Source of the DNA: Thermoanaerobaculia bacterium | Lineage (GTDB): Bacteria; Acidobacteriota; Thermoanaerobaculia; Multivoradales; UBA5704 | Assembly: GCA_036376245.1 (NCBI GenBank) | Contig: DASVAS010000040.1 | Coordinates: 64,293 to 128,292 of the forward strand | Length of the DNA: 64,000 nucleotides | Reading direction: 5' to 3' | Shown here: piece after piece, positions 37,912 through 51,347 of the stretch | Layout of the letters: each line of letters starts with the position of its first letter | How positions within the stretch are numbered: the first letter of the stretch is position 1 | The notes under the pieces: generated by a model | Seen by the model: the letters and a program-made list of their open reading frames with translations, nothing else | What the model was told of the DNA's origin: nothing | Database searches by the model: none | Made by a program: the position numbers and the translations under genes

Positions 37912-37966
37912 TCTTGGTGGCGCAGTCTAGCAGTTCAGGGCGTGGCTTGAGGAAGCGGCTCCCGCG

Positions 37967-38533
37967 TTATTCAAAGACCTCTGTCAGAGGGATCTCCAGG
38001 CCGGACAGGAGAGGCGTCGTCAGGATATCTCCGGCCGTGGCGGACAGCTCGGCGACGAGATCAAGCCGATCCATCTTTCGCCGAAAGACCCGGACGCTCC
38101 TCTGGGCGGAGTTGAATATCCAGTACTCCCGCACCCCGGCGCGGTCATAGAGATCGAGCTTGACGTCTTCGTCCAGGTGGCGGGTGCTCTCGGAGAGCAC
38201 TTCAATAGCGAGATCCGGGGCGCCCTCGATGCGCTTGCCGCTGGCGGTAAGGGCACTCTCCTTCTCCCTGGAAATGAAGAAGACGTCCGGCTGAACGATG
38301 TCGTACTTGGAGAGCAGGACATCGGTCGGAGCGACCAGCACCCGGCCCAACCTGTTCCGCTTCGCGAACGGCCGCAGCCACGTCACCAGCTCGGTGACGA
38401 GGTCTTGATGCGGGAGGAAGGGCGCCGGCGACACGTAGTGCTCTCCATCGATGATCTCGTGGCGCTGACCGTCGTCCGGGATGAGGACGTAATCGTCGTA
38501 GGTCAGCTTGCGGATGCGGTCGTGGAGAGCCAT
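37967..38533 (-). CDS. Uma2 family (DUF820) PD-(D/E)xK endonuclease
   Basis: ALHDRIRKLTYDDYVLIPDDGQRHEIIDGE...PDLAIEVLSEST pattern typical of Uma2/DUF820. Confidence 0.75.
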   Translation of the reverse strand: MALHDRIRKLTYDDYVLIPDDGQRHEIIDGEHYVSPAPFLPHQDLVTELVTWLRPFAKRNRLGRVLVAPTDVLLSKYDIVQPDVFFISREKESALTASGKRIEGAPDLAIEVLSESTRHLDEDVKLDLYDRAGVREYWIFNSAQRSVRVFRRKMDRLDLVAELSATAGDILTTPLLSGLEIPLTEVFE

Positions 38534-38630
38534 GGCGTCAGTCCTCATGCATCATGGTACCACTCCGGACGTTCCGTCGTCCGGCATCATTCCACGCAAC
38601 CGTAGTCTGTTCCTGGGACAATATCACGGC

Positions 38631-39746
38631 TTACCGCTCGAACTGCGTCCGGGTCGCCTCGCTGTGGCCGGGGCGGTCGAGCTTGAAGATCTCCAGCGGC
38701 GAGCCGCCGTCGAGGATCACTCCGGCGGCGTATTCGCCCAGGGCGGGGCTCAGCTTGAAGCCGTGGCCCGAGCCGCCGCCCAGGAACCAGACGTTGGCGT
38801 CCCGGGGATGGCGGTCGAAGAGGATGTGGCCGTCGGGGCTGTTCTCGTACTGGCAGACCCGGGTCTCGACCAGCGGCGCGCCGGCCAGCGCGGGGAAGCG
38901 GCGGGCCACCTCCGCCCGCGCCGCCGCCAGCAGGGCCGGGGTGATCGTCCGCTCGCCCGTCGTGGGATCGATGGGCTCGCCCCGGGTGTCGTCCGCCACC
39001 TTGAAGCCGCGGTTCTCGTTGCCGGGGATGCCGTAGTAGATCCGCTCGCCGAGATCGATCCAGATCGGGCAGCCTCCCTCCTGGAAGCGCGGATCGCCCG
39101 GCGGGGCGCCGAAGAAGAACACCTCCTGGCGGGTGTTGCGGAGGAACCGCTCGCCGATCACGTCCGGGAACAATCCCGCCAGCCAGGGACCGCAGGCGAA
39201 GACGTAGAGATCAGCCTCCAGGGAAGGATCATAGGCCGCCTGCCGGTACTCTCCGCCCTCGGCCTCGAACATCGCCGCCACGGTCTGGCAGGCCCGCCGG
39301 GCGAAGAGCGCGCCGGCCTCCTCCTCGAAGTACACCGTGCGGACGCCGTCGAAATCGATCTGGGGGAAGCGGCGCCGGGCCTCGCCCGGAGACAGCTCAT
39401 CGATGAGCAGCCCGGCATCCTCCAGATAGGGGAGCGAATCGCGGACGTAACCGTCGTCCTCGCCGCACATCCAGAGGACCCCCGTCCGCCGGTACAGCCG
39501 CTGTCCGGACCGCGCCTCGGCCTCCCGCCACAGCTCGAAGGAGCGGGCGACCCATTCCACGTACAGGCGGTCCGGCCCGTAGGCGCCGCGGATGATCCGC
39601 GTCTCTCCGCCGGAGCTGGCGCGGGAGTGCCCGGGACCCCAGGCGTCCAGCAGGGTCACCCGGGCTCCCCGGCGGAGCAGATGCAGGGCAGTCCAGCCGC
39701 CGAAGGCGCCAGCGCCGACCACGGCGATGTGCGGACGGGAGAGCAT
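38631..39746 (-). CDS. FAD-dependent oxidoreductase (DAO family; glycine/sarcosine oxidase-like)
   Basis: IAVVGAGAFGGWTALHLLRRGARVTLLD dinucleotide-binding motif; 371 aa. Confidence 0.8.
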   Translation of the reverse strand: MLSRPHIAVVGAGAFGGWTALHLLRRGARVTLLDAWGPGHSRASSGGETRIIRGAYGPDRLYVEWVARSFELWREAEARSGQRLYRRTGVLWMCGEDDGYVRDSLPYLEDAGLLIDELSPGEARRRFPQIDFDGVRTVYFEEEAGALFARRACQTVAAMFEAEGGEYRQAAYDPSLEADLYVFACGPWLAGLFPDVIGERFLRNTRQEVFFFGAPPGDPRFQEGGCPIWIDLGERIYYGIPGNENRGFKVADDTRGEPIDPTTGERTITPALLAAARAEVARRFPALAGAPLVETRVCQYENSPDGHILFDRHPRDANVWFLGGGSGHGFKLSPALGEYAAGVILDGGSPLEIFKLDRPGHSEATRTQFER

Positions 39747-39776
39747 GGCGGGCGTAGGTTATCGCAGCGCGGAGCC

Positions 39777-40322
39777 GCCCTCCCGAAACCCTCACCCCCC
39801 GGCCCCCTCTCCCGCCTTCCACCCCCCTCCCCGGAAGAGAGGGGAATGGATAATGGGAACTGGTTACCTCATGTTACGACCGATTACGTATAAGGCGCGA
39901 TATCTACGGCAGGAGTCCACTCCCGCGGAACGGCTCCTCTGGGCACGTCTCAGGAACCGCCAGCTCCTCGGCGTCAAGTTCCAGCGTCAGGTGCCCATCA
40001 ATCGATACGTGGCGGACTTCTGCAGCCGCGATCTGAGGCTGGTGATTGAGTTGGACGGCGAGGTCCACGCCGAAACAAAACAGATCTCCCACGACCACAC
40101 CCGGGACGGCTATCTGCGCTCGGTCGGCTACAACGTCCTACGCTTCCCCAATCACCAGGTCCTCCAGGACACCGATTCCGTCCTCGATCAAATCGCCACT
40201 GCCATCCGAACCCTCTACCCCCTGGCTCGGCCTCTAGAAGCCATCCCCGTCTTTCTCCCCCTCTCCCGGGGAGGGGGGCGGAAGGCGGGAGAGGGGGCCG
40301 GGGGGTGAGGGTTTCGGGAGGG
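39777..40322. mobile_element. miniature TIR element copy 1 (~546 bp) carrying a DUF559 gene; ~65-bp near-perfect terminal inverted repeats
   Basis: left end ccctcccgaaaccctcaccccccggccccctctcccgccttccacccccctccccgg is the reverse complement of right end 40257-40322. Confidence 0.55.
39853..40308 (+). CDS. DUF559 (Vsr-like endonuclease fold) protein; C-terminus runs into the right TIR
   Basis: RQESTPAERLLWARLRNRQLLGVKFQRQVPINRYVADFCSRDLRLVIELDGEVH...VLRFPNHQV signature of DUF559. Confidence 0.7.
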   Translation: MGTGYLMLRPITYKARYLRQESTPAERLLWARLRNRQLLGVKFQRQVPINRYVADFCSRDLRLVIELDGEVHAETKQISHDHTRDGYLRSVGYNVLRFPNHQVLQDTDSVLDQIATAIRTLYPLARPLEAIPVFLPLSRGGGRKAGEGAGG

Positions 40323-40501
40323 GGCGCGGAACCCCGGTAGCTCTGCTAGAATCAGCTACCGGGAACGTCTTTCGTACTTCAAAAGGGCGGGTGAGCGTGT
40401 GTGACGATCCCTTCTTCCGTGCAGCAACAATCCCACCGATCCCCTCCGGGATGGTTACGGGCCTTGGCCTTCCTCAGGCCGCCGGCCCAGGAGGTTCTTT
40501 C

Positions 40502-44719
<4,218 letters not shown>

Positions 44720-44738
44720 GTACTCCTCCCATACGTCG

Positions 44739-44761
44739 AGCCCGCCGCCTTCGGCGGCGGG
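44739..44761 (+). terminator. GC hairpin after pulA (gcccgccgcc-ttc-ggcggcgggc), no clear U-tract
   Basis: 10-bp perfect stem 20 nt after the stop; immediately abutted by the left TIR of element copy 2. Confidence 0.4.
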
Positions 44762-45307
44762 CCCTCACCCCCCGGCCCCCTCTCCCGACCCCTCCCTCCC
44801 ACCCACGCCGGGAGAGGGGGAGAGGTTTGTCTGAAATCCGGGATAAGATGGCCGGGATGCGAGAGCAAGCTCGGGAGATGCGGAAAAATCCTACTCCCGC
44901 AGAGGAAGTCCTGTGGGAGAGGCTCCGGGATCGGAAACTTCATGGGTTGAAGTTCCGTCGTCAATGTCCGATCGGACCGTTCATCGCAGACTTCTGCTGC
45001 CAGGATCGGAGAGTGATCGTGGAACTTGACGGCGAGATCCACGAGACAGCTCAAGGGGTCGCTCGCGATCAGGGCCGTGACGCCTATCTAAGGGGCTTAA
45101 ACTACGTGGTCCTGCGCTTTCCAAACCAGCAGGTACTCGAAGACCCGGATTCCGTCGTAGACGAGATCTCCACCTCCATCTGGAAGACTCCCCTGCCCTG
45201 GTCAAGGATCAAAAGCTAACCCGTTAGGGCTAATTCAGACAAACCTCTCCCCCTCTCCCGGTGTGGGTGGGAGGGAGGGGTCGGGAGAGGGGGCCGGGGG
45301 GTGAGGG
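44761..45307. mobile_element. miniature TIR element copy 2 (~547 bp) carrying a DUF559 gene; ~70-bp terminal inverted repeats
   Basis: ccctcaccccccggccccctctcccgacccctccctcccacccacgccgggagagggggagaggtttgtct at the left is the reverse complement of 45237-45307. Confidence 0.6.
44827..45219 (+). CDS. DUF559 (Vsr-like endonuclease fold) protein
   Basis: RKNPTPAEEVLWERLRDRKLHGLKFRRQCPIGPFIADFCCQDRRVIVELDGEIH...VLRFPNQQV. Confidence 0.75.
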   Translation: MSEIRDKMAGMREQAREMRKNPTPAEEVLWERLRDRKLHGLKFRRQCPIGPFIADFCCQDRRVIVELDGEIHETAQGVARDQGRDAYLRGLNYVVLRFPNQQVLEDPDSVVDEISTSIWKTPLPWSRIKS

Positions 45308-45321
45308 CTCGGGCGGGGGGC

Positions 45322-45915
45322 TCAGAGGCTGCCAGTATCAGCCTCAGCCTCAGTCTCTTCTTCACCCTCGCCCTCCTGCACCGTCCGCGCCGCATCCCTG
45401 GGCCGGTCGGCGATGGCCGCCGCCAAGGCTTCGCTGAGGCGGCCGTCGACGCGCACCAGCGTCAGCTCGCTGTCTTCCAGGCTCACCACGAAGAGGTTGC
45501 GCAGGGCTCCCTTGCCGTCGTCGCGGAGGAAGATCCAGGTGCGGGAATCGGCCTCGCGGGTGCGCATCGTCATCGCCCAGCCGTCCTTGGCCAGCCGCTT
45601 CTCGAAGCGGAGGTCCTTGTCGATGGTCGACAGGTCGGGCAGGTCGCTCACCCGGTAGGTGGCGACCTCGAAGCGTTGGACGGAGGTGATCATCTCCTGC
45701 TCTTCGATCTCGCCGGGGACCATGCGGATGAGCCCGTTAACCAATCCCATGGAGAGGCGGCCGAACGCGATGCGCTCCTCCTGCTCGAAATGAGCTTCCG
45801 GGACCCGCCGCTGGATCTCCCAACGCACCTGGTCCACGGTGGGCGAGCCGGCGCATCCGGCGGCCAGAGAAGCCAGACCCAGCAGACCGAGCAGCGAAAC
45901 GGCGTTGCGCTTCAT
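45322..45915 (-). CDS. DUF4252-like lipoprotein
   Basis: MKRNAVSLLGLLGLASLAAGC lipobox; ~200 aa; paralogous to the next gene; sits in an ECF sigma/anti-sigma operon. Confidence 0.5.
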   Translation of the reverse strand: MKRNAVSLLGLLGLASLAAGCAGSPTVDQVRWEIQRRVPEAHFEQEERIAFGRLSMGLVNGLIRMVPGEIEEQEMITSVQRFEVATYRVSDLPDLSTIDKDLRFEKRLAKDGWAMTMRTREADSRTWIFLRDDGKGALRNLFVVSLEDSELTLVRVDGRLSEALAAAIADRPRDAARTVQEGEGEEETEAEADTGSL

Positions 45916-45943
45916 GACGAGCCTCCTCGAAAAATTCTTCGGA

Positions 45944-46519
45944 TCACTCCGGCTTCTTCTTGCCGTCCCCGGACGGCACCTTGTCCAGGCCCGGCAGATC
46001 CATGTCGATGTTCAGGCCCCGGCTGATGCGGCCGATGTCGGCGGGATCGAAGCGGCCCGCGATGTTGATCACCACCGCTTCCCCTTCGCCCATGGCGAGC
46101 ACGGTCATCCCCATGACGTTGCCGTCCGTCTCCTTGAGGTAGATGTGGGTCTCCTCGCCCTTTTCGCGGACCCGCACCGTCGACTTCCAGCCCTGTCCCT
46201 CCAGCCAGCGGACGGCGCGGCCGATGCTGGTCTTGGCCAGGGATTCGTTCCCATCCTCGAGCGGCAGCACCTGGACGCGGATCGACCGCAGGCTGCCGAG
46301 CAGGGACGCGAGATCCGGATCCTCCCCCTTCAGAGCCTCGGCGACCATCCGGAGGAGGGCGCCTTCGATGTTGATCTCGACGCTCAGCTTGTCCTCGGGG
46401 AAAAGGTTGAGATCGTCGAGGGGCAGGAGCCCGGTCGCCGGCGGCGGCGCCTTCTGGGCGAACGCGCCGGGCGCCGCCAGGACGAGCAGGAGGATCGAGA
46501 GGATCATGGTCTTGCGCAT
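45944..46519 (-). CDS. DUF4252-like secreted protein
   Basis: signal peptide MRKTMILSILLLVLAAPGAFA; same architecture as neighbour. Confidence 0.5.
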   Translation of the reverse strand: MRKTMILSILLLVLAAPGAFAQKAPPPATGLLPLDDLNLFPEDKLSVEINIEGALLRMVAEALKGEDPDLASLLGSLRSIRVQVLPLEDGNESLAKTSIGRAVRWLEGQGWKSTVRVREKGEETHIYLKETDGNVMGMTVLAMGEGEAVVINIAGRFDPADIGRISRGLNIDMDLPGLDKVPSGDGKKKPE

Positions 46520-46531
46520 CTTCAGCTCCTT

Positions 46532-47089
46532 CTAGCGCCGCCCGGGGGCGGGCTCCTCCGGGGCCGGGCTGACGCCCAGCGACCGGGCAAGGCCGCGCGC
46601 GGTGGGGCTCACCACGTGCTTCTGGAGGATCTGGTCCCGGAGGTCCAGGCCGGTCCGGCGGCTCACCTTGCCGATCATGGCCAGGGCGTACCGGACTTCG
46701 AGCTCGGCCTGGGCGATCTGCTCCCGCTCCCGCTGGACCTGCTGGACATGGAGGAAGAGGGCGCCGCCGCCCACCGAGAGGACCAGCGCGGCCGCCACAG
46801 CGGCGATCCGCCGGCCCAGAGTCCGTTCCCGCCGGGGGAACGCGACGACCTCGCCCTTGCCCGCCCTGCGGACCTTCTCCAGGACCCCCGGTGGGCAGTC
46901 GGGCAGCGGCAGGGTCCGCAGCTCGCGCTGGATCTTCTCCGCCAGGGCCAGTTCGGCGGCGCAGGCCGGGCATCCCGCCAGATGCTCCTGGAAACGGAGC
47001 GACTCCTCCGCCGGCAGGTCGCCGTCCACATAGGCTTCCAGGACGTCCAGCGACTCTTCGCACAGCATGCGGTCTTCGTGTCGGTTCAT
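46532..47089 (-). CDS. zinc-finger anti-sigma factor (membrane-anchored); upstream 176 codons of the ORF are spurious
   Basis: HLAGCPACAAEL (HxxxCxxC) zinc-binding anti-sigma motif; one TM (IAAVAAALVLSVGGGALFL); ATGA overlap with sigma gene. Confidence 0.7.
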   Translation of the reverse strand: MNRHEDRMLCEESLDVLEAYVDGDLPAEESLRFQEHLAGCPACAAELALAEKIQRELRTLPLPDCPPGVLEKVRRAGKGEVVAFPRRERTLGRRIAAVAAALVLSVGGGALFLHVQQVQREREQIAQAELEVRYALAMIGKVSRRTGLDLRDQILQKHVVSPTARGLARSLGVSPAPEEPAPGRR

Positions 47090-47622
47090 ACCGGGCTGAC
47101 CTCCCGCAATCGTTCCCGCAGCTTGCGGCGTCCGCGATGCAGATGGACGCGCACGGTGGCTTCCGGGATTCCCAACGCTTCGCCGATCTCCCGGTGCGGG
47201 AGCCCTTGGACCTCCCGCAGGATCACGACGCTCTTGTACGGCTCTCCGAGCTCTCCCAGCGCCTCCAGCAGACGGCGGCGGAAGTCGGTGTCCCGCGCCC
47301 TCACCTCCGGGCTGGGCTCGGAGCTGGCGACCTCGTGGGCGTCCTCCTCGTCCAGACTGGCGCTGATGCCCGCGGCGGCCTCGGAGCGCCGCCGCCGGAG
47401 CAGGTCGTAGCAGGCGTTGCGGGTGACCCGCAACAGCCACGACCCCAGGCGCTCCTCGTCGACGCCCTCCTGGTGCCGCCAGAGGCGGAGGAGGACCTCC
47501 TGCGTGACGTCCTCCGCCTCCTCCCGGTTGGAGAGGAGGTACCGCGCGAAGGAATAGACCCTGCGCCGGTATCTCTGGGCGGTGTCCTCGAAGGCCGTCA
47601 GCATGAGCGCTCCACACATCAT
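47086..47622 (-). CDS. ECF (sigma-70 family, group IV) RNA polymerase sigma factor
   Basis: region 2 (EDVTQEVLLRLWR) and region 4 HTH (VILREVQGLPHREIGEALGIPEATVRVHLHRGRRKLR). Confidence 0.85.
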   Translation of the reverse strand: MMCGALMLTAFEDTAQRYRRRVYSFARYLLSNREEAEDVTQEVLLRLWRHQEGVDEERLGSWLLRVTRNACYDLLRRRRSEAAAGISASLDEEDAHEVASSEPSPEVRARDTDFRRRLLEALGELGEPYKSVVILREVQGLPHREIGEALGIPEATVRVHLHRGRRKLRERLREVSPV

Positions 47623-47688
47623 GACGGATCAGGGGCGGGAACGTTTCAATCGGCGTTGGATTCGGATAAACTTCAAGTGATACTTGAG

Positions 47689-48408
47689 GTGTCGACCTTG
47701 ATCTACGTGCCTGCCTTTTCCCGAGATGCGCGAAATACGGCCACCTACGGGCTGGCTCAGGCGGCGCGTTACCTCGGACTCTCCTCGACCACCCTACGGC
47801 AGTGGGTGCTGGGGCGTCCCTATCCCGTGAAGTCCGGGGCGGAGTTCTCGGCTCCGCTGATCAAGCTTCCCGATCCCGGCAAGCCTGCCCTGTCTTTCAC
47901 GAATCTGGTCGAGGCCTACGTCCTGGCGTCGCTCCGCAGGAAGCACCGCATCCGGATGCGGAAGATCCGGCTCGCCCTCTCCTACCTCGAAGACAAGCTG
48001 GGCTCGGAACATCCCCTGGCGACCGAACAGCTCGAGAGCGCGGGAGGCAGCCTGTTCATCCGGAAGTACGGCCAACTGATCGATCTTCCCGAGAGCGGCC
48101 AGACCGCCATCGAAGAGGTCTGGAGACCCTATCTCCGGCGGATCGAGCACGACGCCTCGGGCCTTGCGGAGCGCTTCTACCCCGTCCGGCGGCTCGCGGA
48201 CGCCTCCGCCCCCCGGGTCGTGGTCATCGATCCTGAGATCTCCTTCGGCCGGCCCACCATCGCCGGACGAGGCGTGAGCGTCGCCATCCTGGTGGATCGG
48301 TTCAGCGCAGGTGAATCGATGACCGATCTCGCAGAGGATTACGAACTGACTCAGCAGCAGGTCGAAGAGGCTATCCGCTACGGGCTCCCCGACGAGCTGG
48401 CTGCGTGA
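47689..48408 (+). CDS. DUF433 domain protein (putative antitoxin-like partner of DUF5615); start uncertain (GTG 47689 or TTG 47698)
   Basis: C-terminal DUF433 pattern VVIDPEISFGRPTIAGRGVSVAILVDRFSAGESMTDLAEDYELTQQQVEEAIRY. Confidence 0.6.
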   Translation: MSTLIYVPAFSRDARNTATYGLAQAARYLGLSSTTLRQWVLGRPYPVKSGAEFSAPLIKLPDPGKPALSFTNLVEAYVLASLRRKHRIRMRKIRLALSYLEDKLGSEHPLATEQLESAGGSLFIRKYGQLIDLPESGQTAIEEVWRPYLRRIEHDASGLAERFYPVRRLADASAPRVVVIDPEISFGRPTIAGRGVSVAILVDRFSAGESMTDLAEDYELTQQQVEEAIRYGLPDELAA

Positions 48409-48409
48409 A

Positions 48410-48847
48410 GTAACCTTCTTCTGCGACAACGACCTCGGGACGAAGCTGTTCCCGCGCGCCCTCCGGGATCACGGGCTCAAGGTCGAGACGCTGATCCAGA
48501 CCTTTCATCAGTACGACACCCAGGACCGTGACTGGCTGCCGGAAGTCGGCAGGCGCGGCTGGGTCGTCCTGACGGCCGATTACCGGATGCGCTATCGCGA
48601 GCGGGAACGCGACGCCATCATGGACAACAACGTTCGTGTGTTCGTGCTTCGCGGGCACCTTCACACCCAACGGATCTCTTATTTCCTGGACAACCTGCAC
48701 CACGTCGAGAGATTCCTCCGCACCTATGAGGAAGCTTTCGTGGCGAAGGTCTATCGCGACCGTGTCGAGATGTGGCTGCGCTATGTCGATTGGCGGGAAA
48801 GAGTCGGAATCGATCCGCCGGAGGACCCGGAGGATGATCTAACCTGA
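48410..48847 (+). CDS. DUF5615-like PIN-fold protein; no canonical start codon found in frame (frame opens at 48350, first ATG at 48587)
   Basis: ...VTFFCDNDLGTKLFPRALRDHGLKVETL... typical of DUF5615 N-termini (MKFLADENL); adjacent to DUF433 as in known DUF433/DUF5615 pairs. Confidence 0.4.
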   Translation, partial: VTFFCDNDLGTKLFPRALRDHGLKVETLIQTFHQYDTQDRDWLPEVGRRGWVVLTADYRMRYRERERDAIMDNNVRVFVLRGHLHTQRISYFLDNLHHVERFLRTYEEAFVAKVYRDRVEMWLRYVDWRERVGIDPPEDPEDDLT

Positions 48848-48863
48848 CCACTACAATGCGGCT

Positions 48864-51347
48864 GTGATCGCCGCCCTCGCCCTCCTGACCGCCTCCGCCG
48901 CCTTAGCGGCCCCGCCTTCGATCGACCGGGCCATCGATCTCCACACCTCGGGACAGCTCGAGGAGGCGCTGCGGGAGTACCGGGCCGTGGCGGCGGCGGA
49001 ACCGGAGATGCGGGGCGTGGCGCTCACCAACGTCTGCGCCCTCCAGATGGACCTCGGGGAGTACCGGGCGGCGTTGCCGGACTGCCGCGAGGCCCTGCGG
49101 CTGAGCCGGAAGACCGGAGATCCCGGCGAGATCGCCTGGGCGCTCAACAACCTGGCGCTGGATCTCCAGGCCCTTGGAAAGACCGCCGAGGCGGAACGCC
49201 TCTTCCGCGAAGCCTTAGGGATCAACCGCCGGCGGGGCGACGCCGAATCCCAGGTCATCAACCTCTCCAATCTGGGGACTCTCGCCCTGGCGGCCGGCCG
49301 CTACTCGGCGGCGCTGCGTCTTCAGGACGAAGCCGCCGCCCTGGCTTCCCGCCACCGGGACGAGCCCTGGGCGGCGGAGCAGACCGCCATCGCCCGCATC
49401 AACCAGGGCGCCGTGCTGGAGAAGGTCGGCGCCTATCGCGAAGCCCTCGACCTCTACAAGGGGATGCTGGCCGACGCCGGCGGCCTGGACCGCGGACGGC
49501 GCGCCGCCTTGCTGGTCAACTCCGGCGTGATCTACCGCAACCTGGGCGATCCCGTGCGGGCGGTGGAGTCCTTCCGCGAGGCCGTCGAGGCCTACCGGGA
49601 GGCGGGGGATCAGGCGGGGCTCTCCAACGCCTGGCTCAACCTGGGGCTCGCCCATTACCTGAACCTGGAGCGGCCCGGGGAGGCCGAGGCCGCCTACCGC
49701 GAGGCCCTGCGGCTGGCCGAGGCGAGCGGCGACCGGACGGAGGAGATCCAGGACCTCTTCTACCTCGGTCAGCTCCTGCTGGAGCAGGGGCGCTTGGAGG
49801 AGGCCGAGACGGTCTACGGACGGAGCCTCACGATTGCCATCCAGGCCGGATCGGCGGAGGGCCGCTGGTCCGCACGCGAGGGTCTGGGACGGATCGCCCG
49901 CGCCCGCGGCGACCTGGACGGAGCCTTGAGCCACTTCGAGCTCGCCCTGGTAGAGATCGAGCAGGTCCGCGCCGGCCTCTCCCGCGGTGGACGCCGGTCC
50001 GGATACTTCGGCGACAAGCGGGCCGTCTACGCCGCCACGGTCGGCGCCCTCGTGGAGCGGGACCACCGCGAGCCCGGCCAGGGCTGGGCCGAGAGAGCCC
50101 TGGAAGTCGTCCTGCGCGCCAAGGCCCGGGACCTCCTGGACGCTCTAGGCGAAGCCGGCGGGTCCCGCGCTCCCCTGGGCGGGCTGCGGCGGCGGGTGGG
50201 GAACGGCGCGGCGCTGGAGTACTTCGCGGGCGAGGATCACCTCTATCTCTGGGTGATCCGCGGCAGCGGCATCCGCCTGCACGATCTCGGCAAGGCCAAG
50301 CCGGTCCTGGACGCCGTCGCGCGGGTCCATCGTGCCCTCTCCCGGGGTGAAAAGCCGCCCGCGGCGGCGGTGACCGCGCTCTCCCGTGTGCTCCTCGCTT
50401 CCGCCCGTCCCTTGCCCCGGGGGGAAGAGCTGCTCCGAATCGCCCCCGACGGCGCGCTCCACTACCTCCCCTTCGAGATATTGGAGGACCCGGCCGTCCC
50501 CGGCAGGCCTCTGGTGGAGCGGGTGGCGGTGAGCTATCTCCCGAGCGCTTCGATGCTGATGGAATTGGAGGGAAAGCAAACGCGAGCCGGAGTCTGGCTG
50601 GCGGGCTTCGCCGATCCCCGGCTGCCGCGTCCCGGCTCCGGCCCCTCCTCCCCCCGGGATCTCCTCGTCGAGCGTTTCGGCCTCGCGCCGCTCCCCGCCT
50701 CGGACCGGGAGCTGAAGACGGTGGGACGGCTCCTCAGCGGCAGCACCGCCTTGTTTACCGGAGATCTGGCCACCGAGCAGGCCTTCCGGAAGGCGGTGAC
50801 CCGTGGGGCGCGGGTGGTCCACTTCGCCACGCACACCGTCATCGACGAGCGGCCCGGGAGGGGCGCGGCGATCCTGCTGACCGCCGCCGGGGAGGACGAC
50901 GGCCTCCTCTACCCCGAGGAGATCGCCCGTCTCCCCGGCCGCTCGGACCTGACCGTCCTCGCCGCCTGCCGCACCGCCCTGGGTCCCGGGGGAGAGGGGC
51001 AGGCCCTGGCCACGCTCACCGGCTCCTTCCTGGCCGCCGGCTCCCAAGGCGTGGTAGCGACCCTCTGGGACATGGGAGACGCCGCCACCGCCGCCTTCAT
51101 GGAGCAGTTCTACTGGGAGCTCGGCCAGGGCCGGAAACCCGCGGAGGCGCTGCGGAGGGCCAAGCTGCGCCTGCGGCAGGACCCGCGCTGGCGCCGGCCC
51201 GATCTGTGGGCGGGGTATGTGCTGATCGGCGAGGCGCCGGCGGTGACGCCGGGGAGGAGGGCCTGGTGGGTGTGGGGGCTTGGGGGGTTACTGGTAGCGA
51301 TAGGGGTGTGGTGGCTGTGGCGGGCCCCCGCCCGGCTGCTGCCGTGA
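48864..51347 (+). CDS. TPR-repeat protein with C-terminal CHAT (caspase-like) domain and C-terminal TM anchor; GTG start
   Basis: multiple TPR-like repeats (ALNNLALDLQALGK..., LSNLGTLALAAGR...) then CHAT pattern (HFATHTVIDE..., DLTVLAACRTALG...VVATLWDMGDAATAAFMEQFY). Confidence 0.75.
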   Translation: MIAALALLTASAALAAPPSIDRAIDLHTSGQLEEALREYRAVAAAEPEMRGVALTNVCALQMDLGEYRAALPDCREALRLSRKTGDPGEIAWALNNLALDLQALGKTAEAERLFREALGINRRRGDAESQVINLSNLGTLALAAGRYSAALRLQDEAAALASRHRDEPWAAEQTAIARINQGAVLEKVGAYREALDLYKGMLADAGGLDRGRRAALLVNSGVIYRNLGDPVRAVESFREAVEAYREAGDQAGLSNAWLNLGLAHYLNLERPGEAEAAYREALRLAEASGDRTEEIQDLFYLGQLLLEQGRLEEAETVYGRSLTIAIQAGSAEGRWSAREGLGRIARARGDLDGALSHFELALVEIEQVRAGLSRGGRRSGYFGDKRAVYAATVGALVERDHREPGQGWAERALEVVLRAKARDLLDALGEAGGSRAPLGGLRRRVGNGAALEYFAGEDHLYLWVIRGSGIRLHDLGKAKPVLDAVARVHRALSRGEKPPAAAVTALSRVLLASARPLPRGEELLRIAPDGALHYLPFEILEDPAVPGRPLVERVAVSYLPSASMLMELEGKQTRAGVWLAGFADPRLPRPGSGPSSPRDLLVERFGLAPLPASDRELKTVGRLLSGSTALFTGDLATEQAFRKAVTRGARVVHFATHTVIDERPGRGAAILLTAAGEDDGLLYPEEIARLPGRSDLTVLAACRTALGPGGEGQALATLTGSFLAAGSQGVVATLWDMGDAATAAFMEQFYWELGQGRKPAEALRRAKLRLRQDPRWRRPDLWAGYVLIGEAPAVTPGRRAWWVWGLGGLLVAIGVWWLWRAPARLLP

